Origin: an uncultured Gemmatimonadales bacterium
Lineage (GTDB): Bacteria > Gemmatimonadota > Gemmatimonadetes > Longimicrobiales > RSA9
Direction of reading: 5' to 3'
NCBI GenBank assembly: GCA_963783305.1
Contig: CAWAMW010000015.1
Span: forward strand, 224,001-288,000
Length of the DNA: 64,000 nt
Shown here: piece by piece, positions 30,240 through 42,500 of the stretch
Position numbering within the stretch: the first letter of the stretch is position 1
Layout: every line of letters starts with the position of its first letter
Program-made: the position numbers and the translations under genes
Notes under the pieces: model-generated
Database searches by the model: none
What the model was told of the DNA's origin: nothing
The model's input: the letters and a program-made list of their open reading frames with translations, nothing else

Positions 30240-30685
30240 CATCGGCGGAGCCTGCCATATGCGCTCACGGTGAGCCCCGCTTCAGCGTCCCGCCGGCGGA
30301 TCCACACGGTCCGGCTCGCCAACCTGCCAATGCCGAGGGCGTCGTAGCGGAAGCTGATGGAGTCCCCGGCGCCGGCGTCCACATGAACGTGATAGCGGCC
30401 GTTCAGGTCCACGGGCGGGATCGTCAGGCCGAGATCGCTGCGGGTCCAGAAGCGGCCGGACTCGGGGTGCAGCACCAGCGTTGCACCCGCCGCGGACACG
30501 GCGAGCATGCGGGTGCGGGAGAGGCCGGCGGCGAGCTCATCCCGCGCGGCGTGGACGGCGGCCCTGTCGCGCCAGCGCCCGATGGGGGGATAGGCCACGG
30601 CGATGAGGATGCCGAGGATGGCGAGCACCAGCAGGAGCTCGGCGTGGGTATAGCCCAGCGGCGAACGGCGGAATGGTGGTGTCAT
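30236..30685 (-). CDS. FimT/FimU-like minor pilin (cassette B)
   Basis: LG|YTHAELLLVLAILGILIAVAYP; strong GGAGG RBS. Confidence 0.78.
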   Translation of the reverse strand: MTPPFRRSPLGYTHAELLLVLAILGILIAVAYPPIGRWRDRAAVHAARDELAAGLSRTRMLAVSAAGATLVLHPESGRFWTRSDLGLTIPPVDLNGRYHVHVDAGAGDSISFRYDALGIGRLASRTVWIRRRDAEAGLTVSAYGRLRRW

Positions 30686-30767
30686 GCTCCCCTCCAGTCA
30701 TGGTGACCCGCCCAACATGGACGGCGTGGAGGGGCACTCCCATAGCTGGCTGGGACGACGCGCGGTC

Positions 30768-32122
<1,355 letters not shown>

Positions 32123-32126
<4 letters not shown>

Positions 32127-33370
32127 GGTGCGACCGTCTCCGCAGGTTCGGTGGACGCGGGCAGCTGCAGGGTGAACCGTGCCCCCCCATCGATGTTCGT
32201 CGCCCGGATGGTGCCTTCCATAGCGTCTACGAGTCGGGCGCAAACGGCAAGTCCGAGCCCGGTCCCCTTCCCCGGCTCCTTGGTGGTCATGAACGGCTCG
32301 AAGATCTGGTCGAGGAGCTCGTCGGGGATGCCGGTGCCGGTGTCGGTCACCTGGATCTCGACGATCCGGTCACCGGCGGCAAAGGGGTTCACCCGGGGCA
32401 CCCGCTCGGGCCGATTGAAGCGGCGGCGGTGGGAGTAGTCGATGCCGGGCAGGTCGTCCTTCCGACGAGCGGGCAGGTACGTGGGGGCCTGGTGGAGGTG
32501 TGTCGAGGTGGTGATGGTGACGCAGTGGTCCTCGGAGCCCAGCATGGCGTCGGCGGAGTTCAGGAGCAGGTTGACCAGGACCTGCTCGAGCTGGAACGGA
32601 TCGGCCGCCACGGCGGGGACCGCGGCGAGCTCCATCGTGACCTCGACTCCCCTGAACCGCGCCTGGGACGCGAGCAGATCGAGCGCGCTGCGGACGACCC
32701 CGTTCACATCGATCGGACGCACCTTCGGCTCCCGGGCGCGGGAATAGTCGAGGAGCCCACGCACGATCCGATCGATGCGCCTGACCTGCTCCGAGGTGGC
32801 TGTCACCAGATCCGCCTCCCGGCCCTCCGCGCGCCGCTTCAGCAGGTCCACGTTGCCCATGATCGCGGCCAGCGGATTGCCGATCTCGTGGGCGACGCCC
32901 GCGGCCATCTGCCCGAGGGAGGCCATCTTTTCGGCGCGAATCAGCTCGTCCCGGGCCGTCGTCAGCTCGCGGTTCGTCTCCTCGAGCGACTGGACGTTCC
33001 GGGCCAGCTCCATCTGATGCGTGATCAGGCGCTCGGCCATGCGGCTCGTCGCGGAGGACAGGCGGGCGATCTCCTCCGTCTCCCCGGCCGGGATGCGCCT
33101 GGCGTAGTCACCGGCGGCGATCCCCTCGGCCTCTTCGACGATACGATCGAGGGGGAAGAGGACCCGCGTCTGGACGAGCCAGCGGCCGAAGATGAAGAAA
33201 ATGAGGAGGTCGGCGCCCAGGAGCGCCAGGAGGTACAGGATCGCCCGGACGGGCGTATCGAAGCTCGGGTAGAGCAGGAGGACGCCGGTCATGGCCGCGA
33301 CGAGCGCGCCGGTGAACACGACGGCGAAGGCGGTCAGCAGCTCCCGCCGGAGGGTATTGGCCTTCAGCAT
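32123..33370 (-). CDS. HAMP-domain sensor histidine kinase (two closely spaced TMs)
   Basis: AHEIGNPL H-box, QVLVNLLLN, DTGTG, FEPFMTTK, GTGLGL. Confidence 0.93.
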
Positions 33371-33684
33371 CGGACCGGAGGCGCAGCGCCAACGCAGACG
33401 CCGGAGGTGCGATCGCCCATCGCGTCCTGCGCGCGGGTGCCGGCCCGGGCAATGGGCGCCAAGTAATTGATCTGGATCGTCCTAACGCAGCTGGAGGCGT
33501 ACGGTGTGATCTCGCTCGCTGCTTCAACATCGGTGGGCGACCGGTCGACGCGCAAGAAGGAGGCGCGGCGCGTCAACAGGCGGTGAGACAGGACCTTTGC
33601 CGGATTGCGAGTGACTCGCGAAGCTGCCGACCAGCGTTCCGGCTCAGCCTGCGACCGGACGCGGGTCCTGAACTGCCGAGGAGG

Positions 33685-34083
33685 TCAGTATGAGCAGACG
33701 AGGATCTCCGGCTCGGTTGCCGGCGCGGCGGCTGGAGCGGACCCGAAGAAGATCCCACAGCTGTAGCCGGTGAGGCCGTCTCCGGTGCCCACGGCCGACC
33801 AGCCGGTGACCGCCACGTGCGTAATGTCGATATGGACGCCCGGGCTGACGAGGAACTGGTGCATCTCGGCGAGGGTGCCGTACTGCTCGTTGGCCATCCT
33901 GTGGAGCTCCTGATGCTTGACCAGGGACTGCATGTCCGAACGGAGCCGCTCCCGCAACGCCCTCTCGCGGACGCCATCGTAGCTTGCAAGGCCGATGGTC
34001 GCGAGGATCCCGATGATCACCATCACCACCAGCAGCTCGATCAGCGTGAAGCCCTGGCAATGTTTGAAGTTGTGGGCACCCAT
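33685..34083 (-). CDS. Second type IV pilin
   Basis: QG|FTLIELLVVMVIIGILA; C-terminal Cys pair. Confidence 0.88.
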   Translation of the reverse strand: MGAHNFKHCQGFTLIELLVVMVIIGILATIGLASYDGVRERALRERLRSDMQSLVKHQELHRMANEQYGTLAEMHQFLVSPGVHIDITHVAVTGWSAVGTGDGLTGYSCGIFFGSAPAAAPATEPEILVCSY

Positions 34084-34146
34084 TGCATGCCTGCGGATCG
34101 AGTTACGGGGGTCGCTTCTGATCGCGACGAGTAGGACACTCCCTGC

Positions 34147-34188
34147 AAAAGAAAAGCGGGTGCGGAGCCGCTCGGACCCCGCACCCGC
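34147..34188 (-). terminator. Intrinsic terminator between pilA and the second pilin
   Basis: GCGGGTGCGG/CCGCACCCGC stem followed by TTTTCTTTT on the minus strand. Confidence 0.8.
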
Positions 34189-34210
34189 CTCACTCGAGCT
34201 TCAGCTAGCC

Positions 34211-34618
34211 TCAGGAAGAGGTGCAGACGATACCTTCATCCGCGCCCGTGCCGCCCACCGTCAGGACGCACGTGTCATCCGTGGCAGCGTGGCTCGCCGT
34301 CGCAATGTAGCCATCGGTCTCGGCAATGGAACCAGCACTCAACGTCGATTGTCACACCCGATGTCGTCGCGAAGCCGGACAGATCGGTGCTCGGCGTCGT
34401 GGTGAGATCCCGGCCTGCAGGTACTTGTAGTCGTGGTCTGCGTAGTACATCTCCTCGGAGGACTGCAGGTTGCGCAGATCCGACTGCATGGCGGAGACAT
34501 ACGCACGCTCGCGGGTCTGGCCGAACTTCGGCAGCGCGATCGCGGCCAGGATGCCGATGATCACGACAACGATCAGCAGCTCGATCAGGGTGAATCCGTC
34601 GCGGTTCCTGAGCATCAT
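34211..34618 (-). CDS. pilA: Major type IVa pilin, interrupted as sequenced by two compensating 1-bp indels (~34410 and ~34346)
   Basis: DG|FTLIELLIVVVIIGILAAIALPKF..SDLRNL; the alternate frame gives DLTTTPSTDLSGFATTSGVTI, then the original frame resumes TLSAG..YIATASH..TC..VC. Confidence 0.85.
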
Positions 34619-34687
34619 TGCTCCCATTTGGGGTTGCTGGGTTGTGAAACTTCGGCCACTCGAACCATCAGTGCCGCCCTGTGGAAG

Positions 34688-34703
34688 TGCAACGGGTATG
34701 CCC
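34688..34703 (-). promoter_or_regulatory. Sigma54 -24/-12 promoter of pilA
   Basis: GGGCATA-CCCG-TTGCA, exact GG-N10-GC spacing. Confidence 0.8.
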
Positions 34704-34743
34704 TTCGGCTGTGGGATCCACGAGACTGCGGATTATCATTGTG

Positions 34744-34756
34744 CTGCAACGACTTA
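34744..34756. promoter_or_regulatory. IHF-like site between the sigma54 promoter and the putative enhancer
   Basis: CTGCAACGACTTA partly matches WATCAANNNNTTR; position is typical. Confidence 0.4.
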
Positions 34757-34803
34757 CGCTCTGGAACCGCCGTCTGTTCGATCGGCCGGGGCGGCGGAGC
34801 GGC

Positions 34804-34836
34804 CTCGCATCTTGCGAGCGGATTGCATAATGCAAT
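34804..34836. promoter_or_regulatory. Tandem palindromes, putative upstream activating sequence of pilA
   Basis: CTCGCA-TCT-TGCGAG and ATTGCA-TAA-TGCAAT, 100-130 bp upstream of the -24 element. Confidence 0.6.
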
Positions 34837-34957
34837 GGTTGCCATACGTCCCACGACCGGACCGAAGCCAGTTCTTCCATGGGCTTCGCATCAAGACGAA
34901 CGACGGGAAGGCGTAAAGGGGTCGGTTCAAATGGGGCTCAGGGCGGCGCGGGGCAAC

Positions 34958-36310
34958 TCAGGGGATGATCCCGTGCTTGAAGAACCGCGGCCCCGGGAAG
35001 CCCACGGTATTGCCGCCCGGGAGCGTGAGCGTGGCGAGGAGGATCGCGAGCGCCAGGACTCCCACGACGGCCAGTGCAAGCGGTGACCATGGTCGTGCGG
35101 GCGCGGACGACACCTGCTGCACGTCGGCCGCGTCTGTGTCGCTCGCAGCTGGGAGGGCCATCGCGATCGCCAGGACGAGCATGGCCTGTGACGCGGGCAT
35201 GATGTTGGTGCCGCTCAACAGCGAGTGAGCGCCGCCACTGACGAGCGCCAGCGCCCAGGGACGCCGGTCGAAGGCGAGCCGCAGCAACGCCGCGCCCCCA
35301 CGGGCAACGAGCACCCCCGCGGCGGCCAGCCCCACAACCCCCGTCTCGGCGGCGATCAGCAGGGCGGAGTTATGTGGGTGCCCCGCCCACCCCGCCACGC
35401 CCGGGTTGCGCGCGAGCAGCCCTGGGCCCTCGCCCAGGATGGGGGCGGACAGGAATCGACGGAACGCCTCTAGCCACAGCCTGTCTCTTCCCGATGACGA
35501 AGCGCCCCGCTCGATCGCGGCGCCGAACGACGCGTCGGTGACAAAGAGCACGATAGATCGCCACGATGACACTCGCGATGGCGAGCGCCGTGAACGCCGG
35601 GGGAAGCATGCGCCTTCGGCCCCACCATGGGAGACACGCGCCCGCCGTGGCCACAGCGATGGCCAGCACGAGCGCGCGGCTGCCGTTCAGTACGCCGAGC
35701 GCCAGGGCGGGCGCGGCCATGAGGGCAAGCGCCCAGTTCCCTGCGAACAGGAGCGGGGGCACCAGCACCGCGAGCACCTGCCCCTGGAAACGCGGGTTGG
35801 CAAAGCCCGTGGCCTCCGGCGTCGCTCCGATCAGAATCGCGTAGAGCACAAGGGTCAGCCCCACGTGTCTCCAGCACGCGCGTCCGTCGCGTGCCGAGGA
35901 TGGCGCCGAGTGGGAGCGTGACGACCAGCAAGCAGCGTGACCAGCGACCACTCCCGCAGCGCGTACGCGGGCGCGGAGGAGACGAGTGCGGAGAGCAGCG
36001 TCCAGCCGACGAAGACGCTGGCGGCCACGCGGGTGGTCGAGGAGAGCCCGCTCCAGCGGGCGGCGACCGCCGAGCGGACGGACGGCCAGAGGAATGCGAG
36101 CAGGAGACCGGCGGCCCAGAGGATCTCCAGCAGCCGTCGTCCGGCGTAGAGCGGCAGTGTGCGGCGGGAACGGCAGGGGAAAGACGTACATGGGGAGGAT
36201 CACCATCACGGGCAGGATCCCACCGCCCAGATCGCCCAGATCGGCCCGATTGCCGAGGCGACGGGGACAGCCCCGGCACCAGCAAGGCACATCGCCTGCC
36301 GCCCCGGCAT
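34958..36310 (-). pseudogene. O-antigen ligase/O-oligosaccharyltransferase-like membrane protein, multiply frameshifted
   Basis: Hydrophobic segments spread over several frames; GFANPRF, GSRA, SSGRDRLW, PILGEGPG and GHPHN motifs; about 5 frame changes needed; start uncertain. Confidence 0.7.
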
Positions 36311-36350
36311 GGCGCCGGCGCTCCTCGCCCCCCCCGACCCTCCCGCTCGG

Positions 36351-37706
<1,356 letters not shown>

Positions 37707-37730
37707 GAAGTCACCTGCCGATTCATCGAG

Positions 37731-39379
37731 TTACTTGCCGGGTCGGGGCGGCAGGAGGACGGTGAAGAGGGTGCCCCCGCCGTCCTTGTCATCGACCAGG
37801 ATGACGCCCTGGTGGGCCTCGACCGCGCGGTGTACGAGGGCGAGGCCGAGCCCGCTGCCGCCGGGTCGGGTCGTGAAGAACGGGTCGAACAGGCGCGCGA
37901 CGTCGTCTTCGGCGATGCCCGGTCCGCGGTCCGCCACGCGGATGCGGCCGCCGCCCGAGAGCCTGGCGCCGGAGGAAGAGCTACGATCGGGAACCTGGTC
38001 CACCTCGACGGTGACGGCCTTGCCGGGCGGGGAATGCTGGGCGGCGTTCAGGATCAGGTTGAAGATGACGCGGTGGAGGAGGTCCGGGTCCCCCTCGACG
38101 TGGACGGAGCGGCCGCTCACCTCCACGGAGGCATGCTCGGCGTCCGGGTGCTGCCGTACGACGCCCGCAGCGTCGCCGGCCACCTCGAGCAGGTCGACAC
38201 TGGTGCGCTCCTGGATCTCGACGCGGCTGAACTCGATGAAGCTGGACAGGAGGCGGCTGAGGCGGTCTGACTCGCCGAGGACGAGCTCGCCGAGACGATC
38301 GCGGTCCTCCTCCGCCAGCTTGCGCTGCGAACGGGTCAGCTGCTCCACGGCGCTGCGGATCGACGCCAGCGGGTTCTTGATCTCGTGGGCGAGGGAGGCG
38401 GCGAGCTCGGCCACGGCCTCGAGGCGCTCGGCCCTCCGGTTCAGCGCTTCCACGCGCTTGCCATCGGTGATGTCCTGGAGGGCGAGGGTGACCCACGGGT
38501 GGTCATCACGCTCGAGCGTGGCGCTCCGGATCCCGAGGATCCGCATCTCCGGCGTGGCGCGGGAATGCGTCTCGTACCAGCGGACGGGCTGACCGCTCGA
38601 GAGGGTGCGTGTGACCACGAGTGCGACCCCCGGCGCCACCCGGTCCATCTCCTCCAGGGCGGGCTCCCCCAGCCACTCCGGACCGCGCATGCCCAGGAGC
38701 TTCTCCGCGGCCGCGTTCATGTACGCGATGGCCCCCGCCGAGTCCACGGTGACCACGCCGGTATCCAGCGTAGCCAGGATATCGCTGGTGTCCAGCCGCA
38801 GCTGCCGCAGCTCGGATTCCACCTCGCCCAGCTGCGAGCCCGTACGACGGAGCCGTTCCCCGAGCCAGGCCGTGGCCAGGGCGATCAGCGCGAAAAGCCC
38901 CATCCGCACCAGCACCACGGCGTCCAGCACCGGGTCCGCGGCCATCCCGCCGAGCGCCTGCGTCAGCTCCCCCCCCACACCGCGTCCACGAAGTAGAGCA
39001 GGATCGCGAGCGCACCCATGAGGAAGCCGCCCCGTACCGGGAGCAGCAGCGCGCCCTCGGTGATCACCAGGACGAAGAGAGGAGCAAGCTCGCTCTCCGT
39101 ACGACCCGTTACGTGCACCACCGCCGTGACCAGCAGCACGTCGAAGAGCGCCTGCGCGTACAGGAAGTTGCCGCTGGGCTTCTGCCCCACCACGTGCGTG
39201 TGCCAGAAGCTCCCGGCCGTGAAGCCGAGGGCCGTCACCAGCATCAGTGTGGCGATGAGCGTGGCCTCCGGCGCGACCTGCGGCTGCGTCCATACGAGCA
39301 GGGCAGCCGCGAAGATCCCGCCGGCCAGCGTGAGGCGCGCCAGATAGACCCAGCGCAGGAAGGCGTTCGTGGAGAACAT
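37731..39379 (-). CDS. pilS: PilS-like multi-TM PAS histidine kinase, frameshifted at a G8 tract (38969-38976)
   Basis: The N-terminal TM ORF ends VWGGS*; one extra G gives VWGGELTQ, joining the PAS domain, LAHEIKNPL, DRGPG and GSGLGL. Confidence 0.82.
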
Positions 39380-39399
39380 GGGAGCAACGCTAGCGGGCG

Positions 39400-39418
39400 C
39401 AGTTGCAAGCTGCAACTG
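39400..39418. promoter_or_regulatory. Palindrome CAGTTGCA-AGC-TGCAACTG in the divergent intergenic region
   Basis: Perfect 8-bp inverted repeat with the same TTGCA-N3-TGCAA core as upstream of pilA. Confidence 0.6.
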
Positions 39419-39460
39419 TCGGCTGTCGCAGAATTCAAGGGCGGCTCGTCCCCCGGAACA

Positions 39461-39476
39461 TGGTACATGCTTTGCG
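39461..39476 (+). promoter_or_regulatory. Sigma54 -24/-12 promoter
   Basis: TGGTACA-TGCT-TTGCG, GG-N10-GC spacing, about 95 bp upstream of the ATG at 39570. Confidence 0.75.
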
Positions 39477-39569
39477 CCGTGACGCGTTCTACTTTGGAAC
39501 CCGGACCGGCGCCCATCGGTTAAACGGGGTGGGGTGGCGTCGTGTCGTCGTAAGAATGCGAGGAGAGTC

Positions 39570-42500
39570 ATGGGAAGAGAGAGGGTGGGGACCCCGGTGG
39601 GCCGAATCACAGCGGCCGTCGGCCTGGTGGGGTTGGCTCTGGCCCTCGTCCCGGACGTGGCTGCGGCCCAGTACTTCGGTCGGAACAAGGTCCAGTACGA
39701 GGAATTCGACTGGCAGTCGATGCACACGGACCACTTCAACATCTTCTTCTATCCGGAGGAAGAGGCGGCGGTGCGGGACGCCGGTCGGATGGGGGAGCGG
39801 TGGTATGCGCGTCTGACGCGGGTGTTCAACCATGAGTTCGATGACGAGAAGCCGGTGATCCTGTACGCGAACCACCCGGACTTCCAGCAGACGAATACGA
39901 CGGCGAGCCAGCTGAGCGAAGGTACGGGCGGGTTCACGGAGTCGTTGAAGAACCGTGTGGTGATGCCGATGACGGGGGTCTACGAGGATACGGACCACGT
40001 GCTGGGGCATGAGCTGGTGCACGCGTTCCAGTACGACATCGCGGAGCGGATGGGGACGATGGGGCAGCGGGGGATGGGGAGCCTGCCGCTGTGGATCATC
40101 GAGGGGATGGCGGAATACCTGTCGGTGGGGCGAGAGGACCCGCACACGGCGATGTGGCTGCGGGACGCGGCGCTGCGCGGTGACCTGCCGACGTTCGAGC
40201 AGCTGACGACGGACCCGCGCTTCTTCCCGTACCGTTACGGCCAGGCGTTCTGGGCATACATCGGGGGCCGGTGGGGGGACCGAGCGGTGACGGACCTGTA
40301 CAAGTCGTCGCTGCGGTACGGCTGGGACATGAGTGTGCGCCGAGTGCTGCGGGTGTCGCCGGGGGAGCTGAGCGACGACTGGCTGCGTGCGACGCGGGCG
40401 GCGTACCTCCCGCTCATGCAGGGGAAGGAGCGGCCGGACGAGGTCGCGACGAAGGTGCTGGCCCGTGACATCGATGCGGGCGAGATGAACATCGGTCCGT
40501 CGCTGAGCCCCGACGGTCGGTACGTGGCGTTCTACACCGAGCGGGATCTGTTCGAGATCAGCCTGTACATGGCGGACGCGCGGACGGGGCAGATGGTGGA
40601 GAAGATCGCCGACAGCCAGACGGACATCCACTTCGACGCGCTGAGCTTCCTGAGCTCGGCGGGGGCGTGGTCGCCGGACGGAACGCGGATGGCGTTCACG
40701 GCGTTCGCGAAGGGCGACGAGGAGCTGGCGATCGTGCGGCTGGAGGACAAGGAGGTGGAGCGGCGGGTCCGGATCCAGGGTGTGGGGGCGGTAACGTCGC
40801 CCGCCTGGTCGCCGGACGGGCGCACCATCGCGGTGAGCGGGAACAGCGGCGGCGTGAGCGACCTGTACCTCGTGGACGCGACGTCGGGTGCGGTGGAGCA
40901 GCTGACGGACGACGCGTACGCGGAGCTCCAGCCCGCGTGGTCGCCCGACGGCCGGCGTCTGGCGTTCGTGACCGATCGGGCGGGGACGGACCTGGACGAG
41001 CTGATATACGGCCCCATGAGGCTGGCGGTCATGGACCTGGCCACGCGCGAGATCGAGATGCTGGAACTGTTCGCCGGCGGGAAGCATATGGACCCTCACT
41101 TCGGCCCGAACGGCCGCTGGCTCTACTTCATCAGTGATGCGGACGGGTTCAGCGATGTGTACCGGGTGGAAGTGGAGACGGGGTCGCTGGAGCGGATCAC
41201 GCGCATTGCGACGGGCGTGAGCGGCGTGACCAAGCTGTCCCCCGCCCTGACGGTGGCGGCGAACACCGGGGACATCATGTTCTCGGTCTTCAGCGAGGGG
41301 AACTACGCGGTCTACCGCATGGACGCGGACCAGGTGGAAGCGCGGGCGGTGCCGGTGACGGAGCGGTTCGCGGGGCTCCAGCCGGCGGGCATCCTGCCCC
41401 CGCTCGAGTCGGCGGACCGGGGCGTGGTGGCCAACTACCTGGCCGACCCGATCCGGGGGCTCCCGCCGACGGACGATTTTCCGGTGGACGGGTACAGCGG
41501 ACGTCTGACACTGGACTACATAGGCGTGCCCCAGGTGGGCGTGGCCATGGACCGGTTCGGCACGTCCATCGCCGGTGCGGTGACCACGTACTGGACGGAC
41601 ATGCTCGGGGACCGGCAGCTGGTGGCGGCGGTACAGGCGAACGGCACGGTCAAGGACATCGGCGGGCTGGCGCAGTACGTGAACCGGAGCGGCCAGCTCA
41701 ACTGGGGCGTGCTGGCGGGCCACATCCCGAATGCGGTGGGCGGCTTCGCGCTGCGGGACACGACGGTGAACGATGTCCCGCTGCTCATCCAGGAGCTGCA
41801 GATCCTGCGGATCTACCAGGACCAGGTGGCGGCGCTGGCCGAGTTCCCCACGTCCCGGACGCGGCGGTTCGAGTTCAACGCCGGGTACACCCGCTACGGC
41901 TTCGGGCTGGAAGCGCAGCAGGTGCTGATCGACAGGCGGACCGGTCAGCAGGTGGACGCGCGCACGGTCGATCTGGACCCCGCGGACCTCGGCGCGGGCT
42001 TCGGCCGGGCGTACCACATGGGGACCGCGTCGGTCGCCTACGTCGGGGACTGGTCGTTCAATGGCTTCACCTCGCCGGTGCGTGGTGGGCGGTTCCGGTT
42101 CGAGCTGAGCCCCATGTTCGGCGACCTGAACCTGGTGAGCGCGGTGGCGGACTACCGCCGCTACCTGCACCACTACCCGTTCACGCTGGCGGTCCGCGGC
42201 CTGCATTCGGGCCGGTACGGTCCGGACGCGGAGGGGACCATCTTCACCCGACAGAACTACCTCGGCTACGAGACGCTCGTACGCGGGTACGCCTACGAGT
42301 CGTGGACGAGGGACGAGTGCCAGGCCAACTCCTGCCCGGCCTTCGAAAGGCTCTGGGGCTCGCGGCTGGCGGTGGCCAATGCCGAGATCCGAGTGCCGCT
42401 GTTCGGTGTGCCGGAGTACGGGCTGATCAACTTCCCGTTCCTGCCCACGGAGCTGTCGGCGTTCGTCGACGCGGGGCTGGCGTGGAACAGCTCAGCGGTC

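Noticed and set aside
33371..33684. Possible c-di-GMP riboswitch or sRNA in the 310-bp intergenic region
   Set aside because: Only an isolated GGCAAA matches; the remaining consensus elements were not found by eye. An Rfam scan would settle it
34211..34618. Geobacter-style split PilA-N/PilA-C, or a diversity-generating retroelement target
   Set aside because: The downstream part has no signal peptide or RBS, two single indels restore a normal pilin, and no reverse transcriptase or template repeat is visible
39489..42206. 905-aa minus-strand ORF and similar long Arg/His-rich antisense ORFs across the window
   Set aside because: They overlap well-supported genes on the opposite strand
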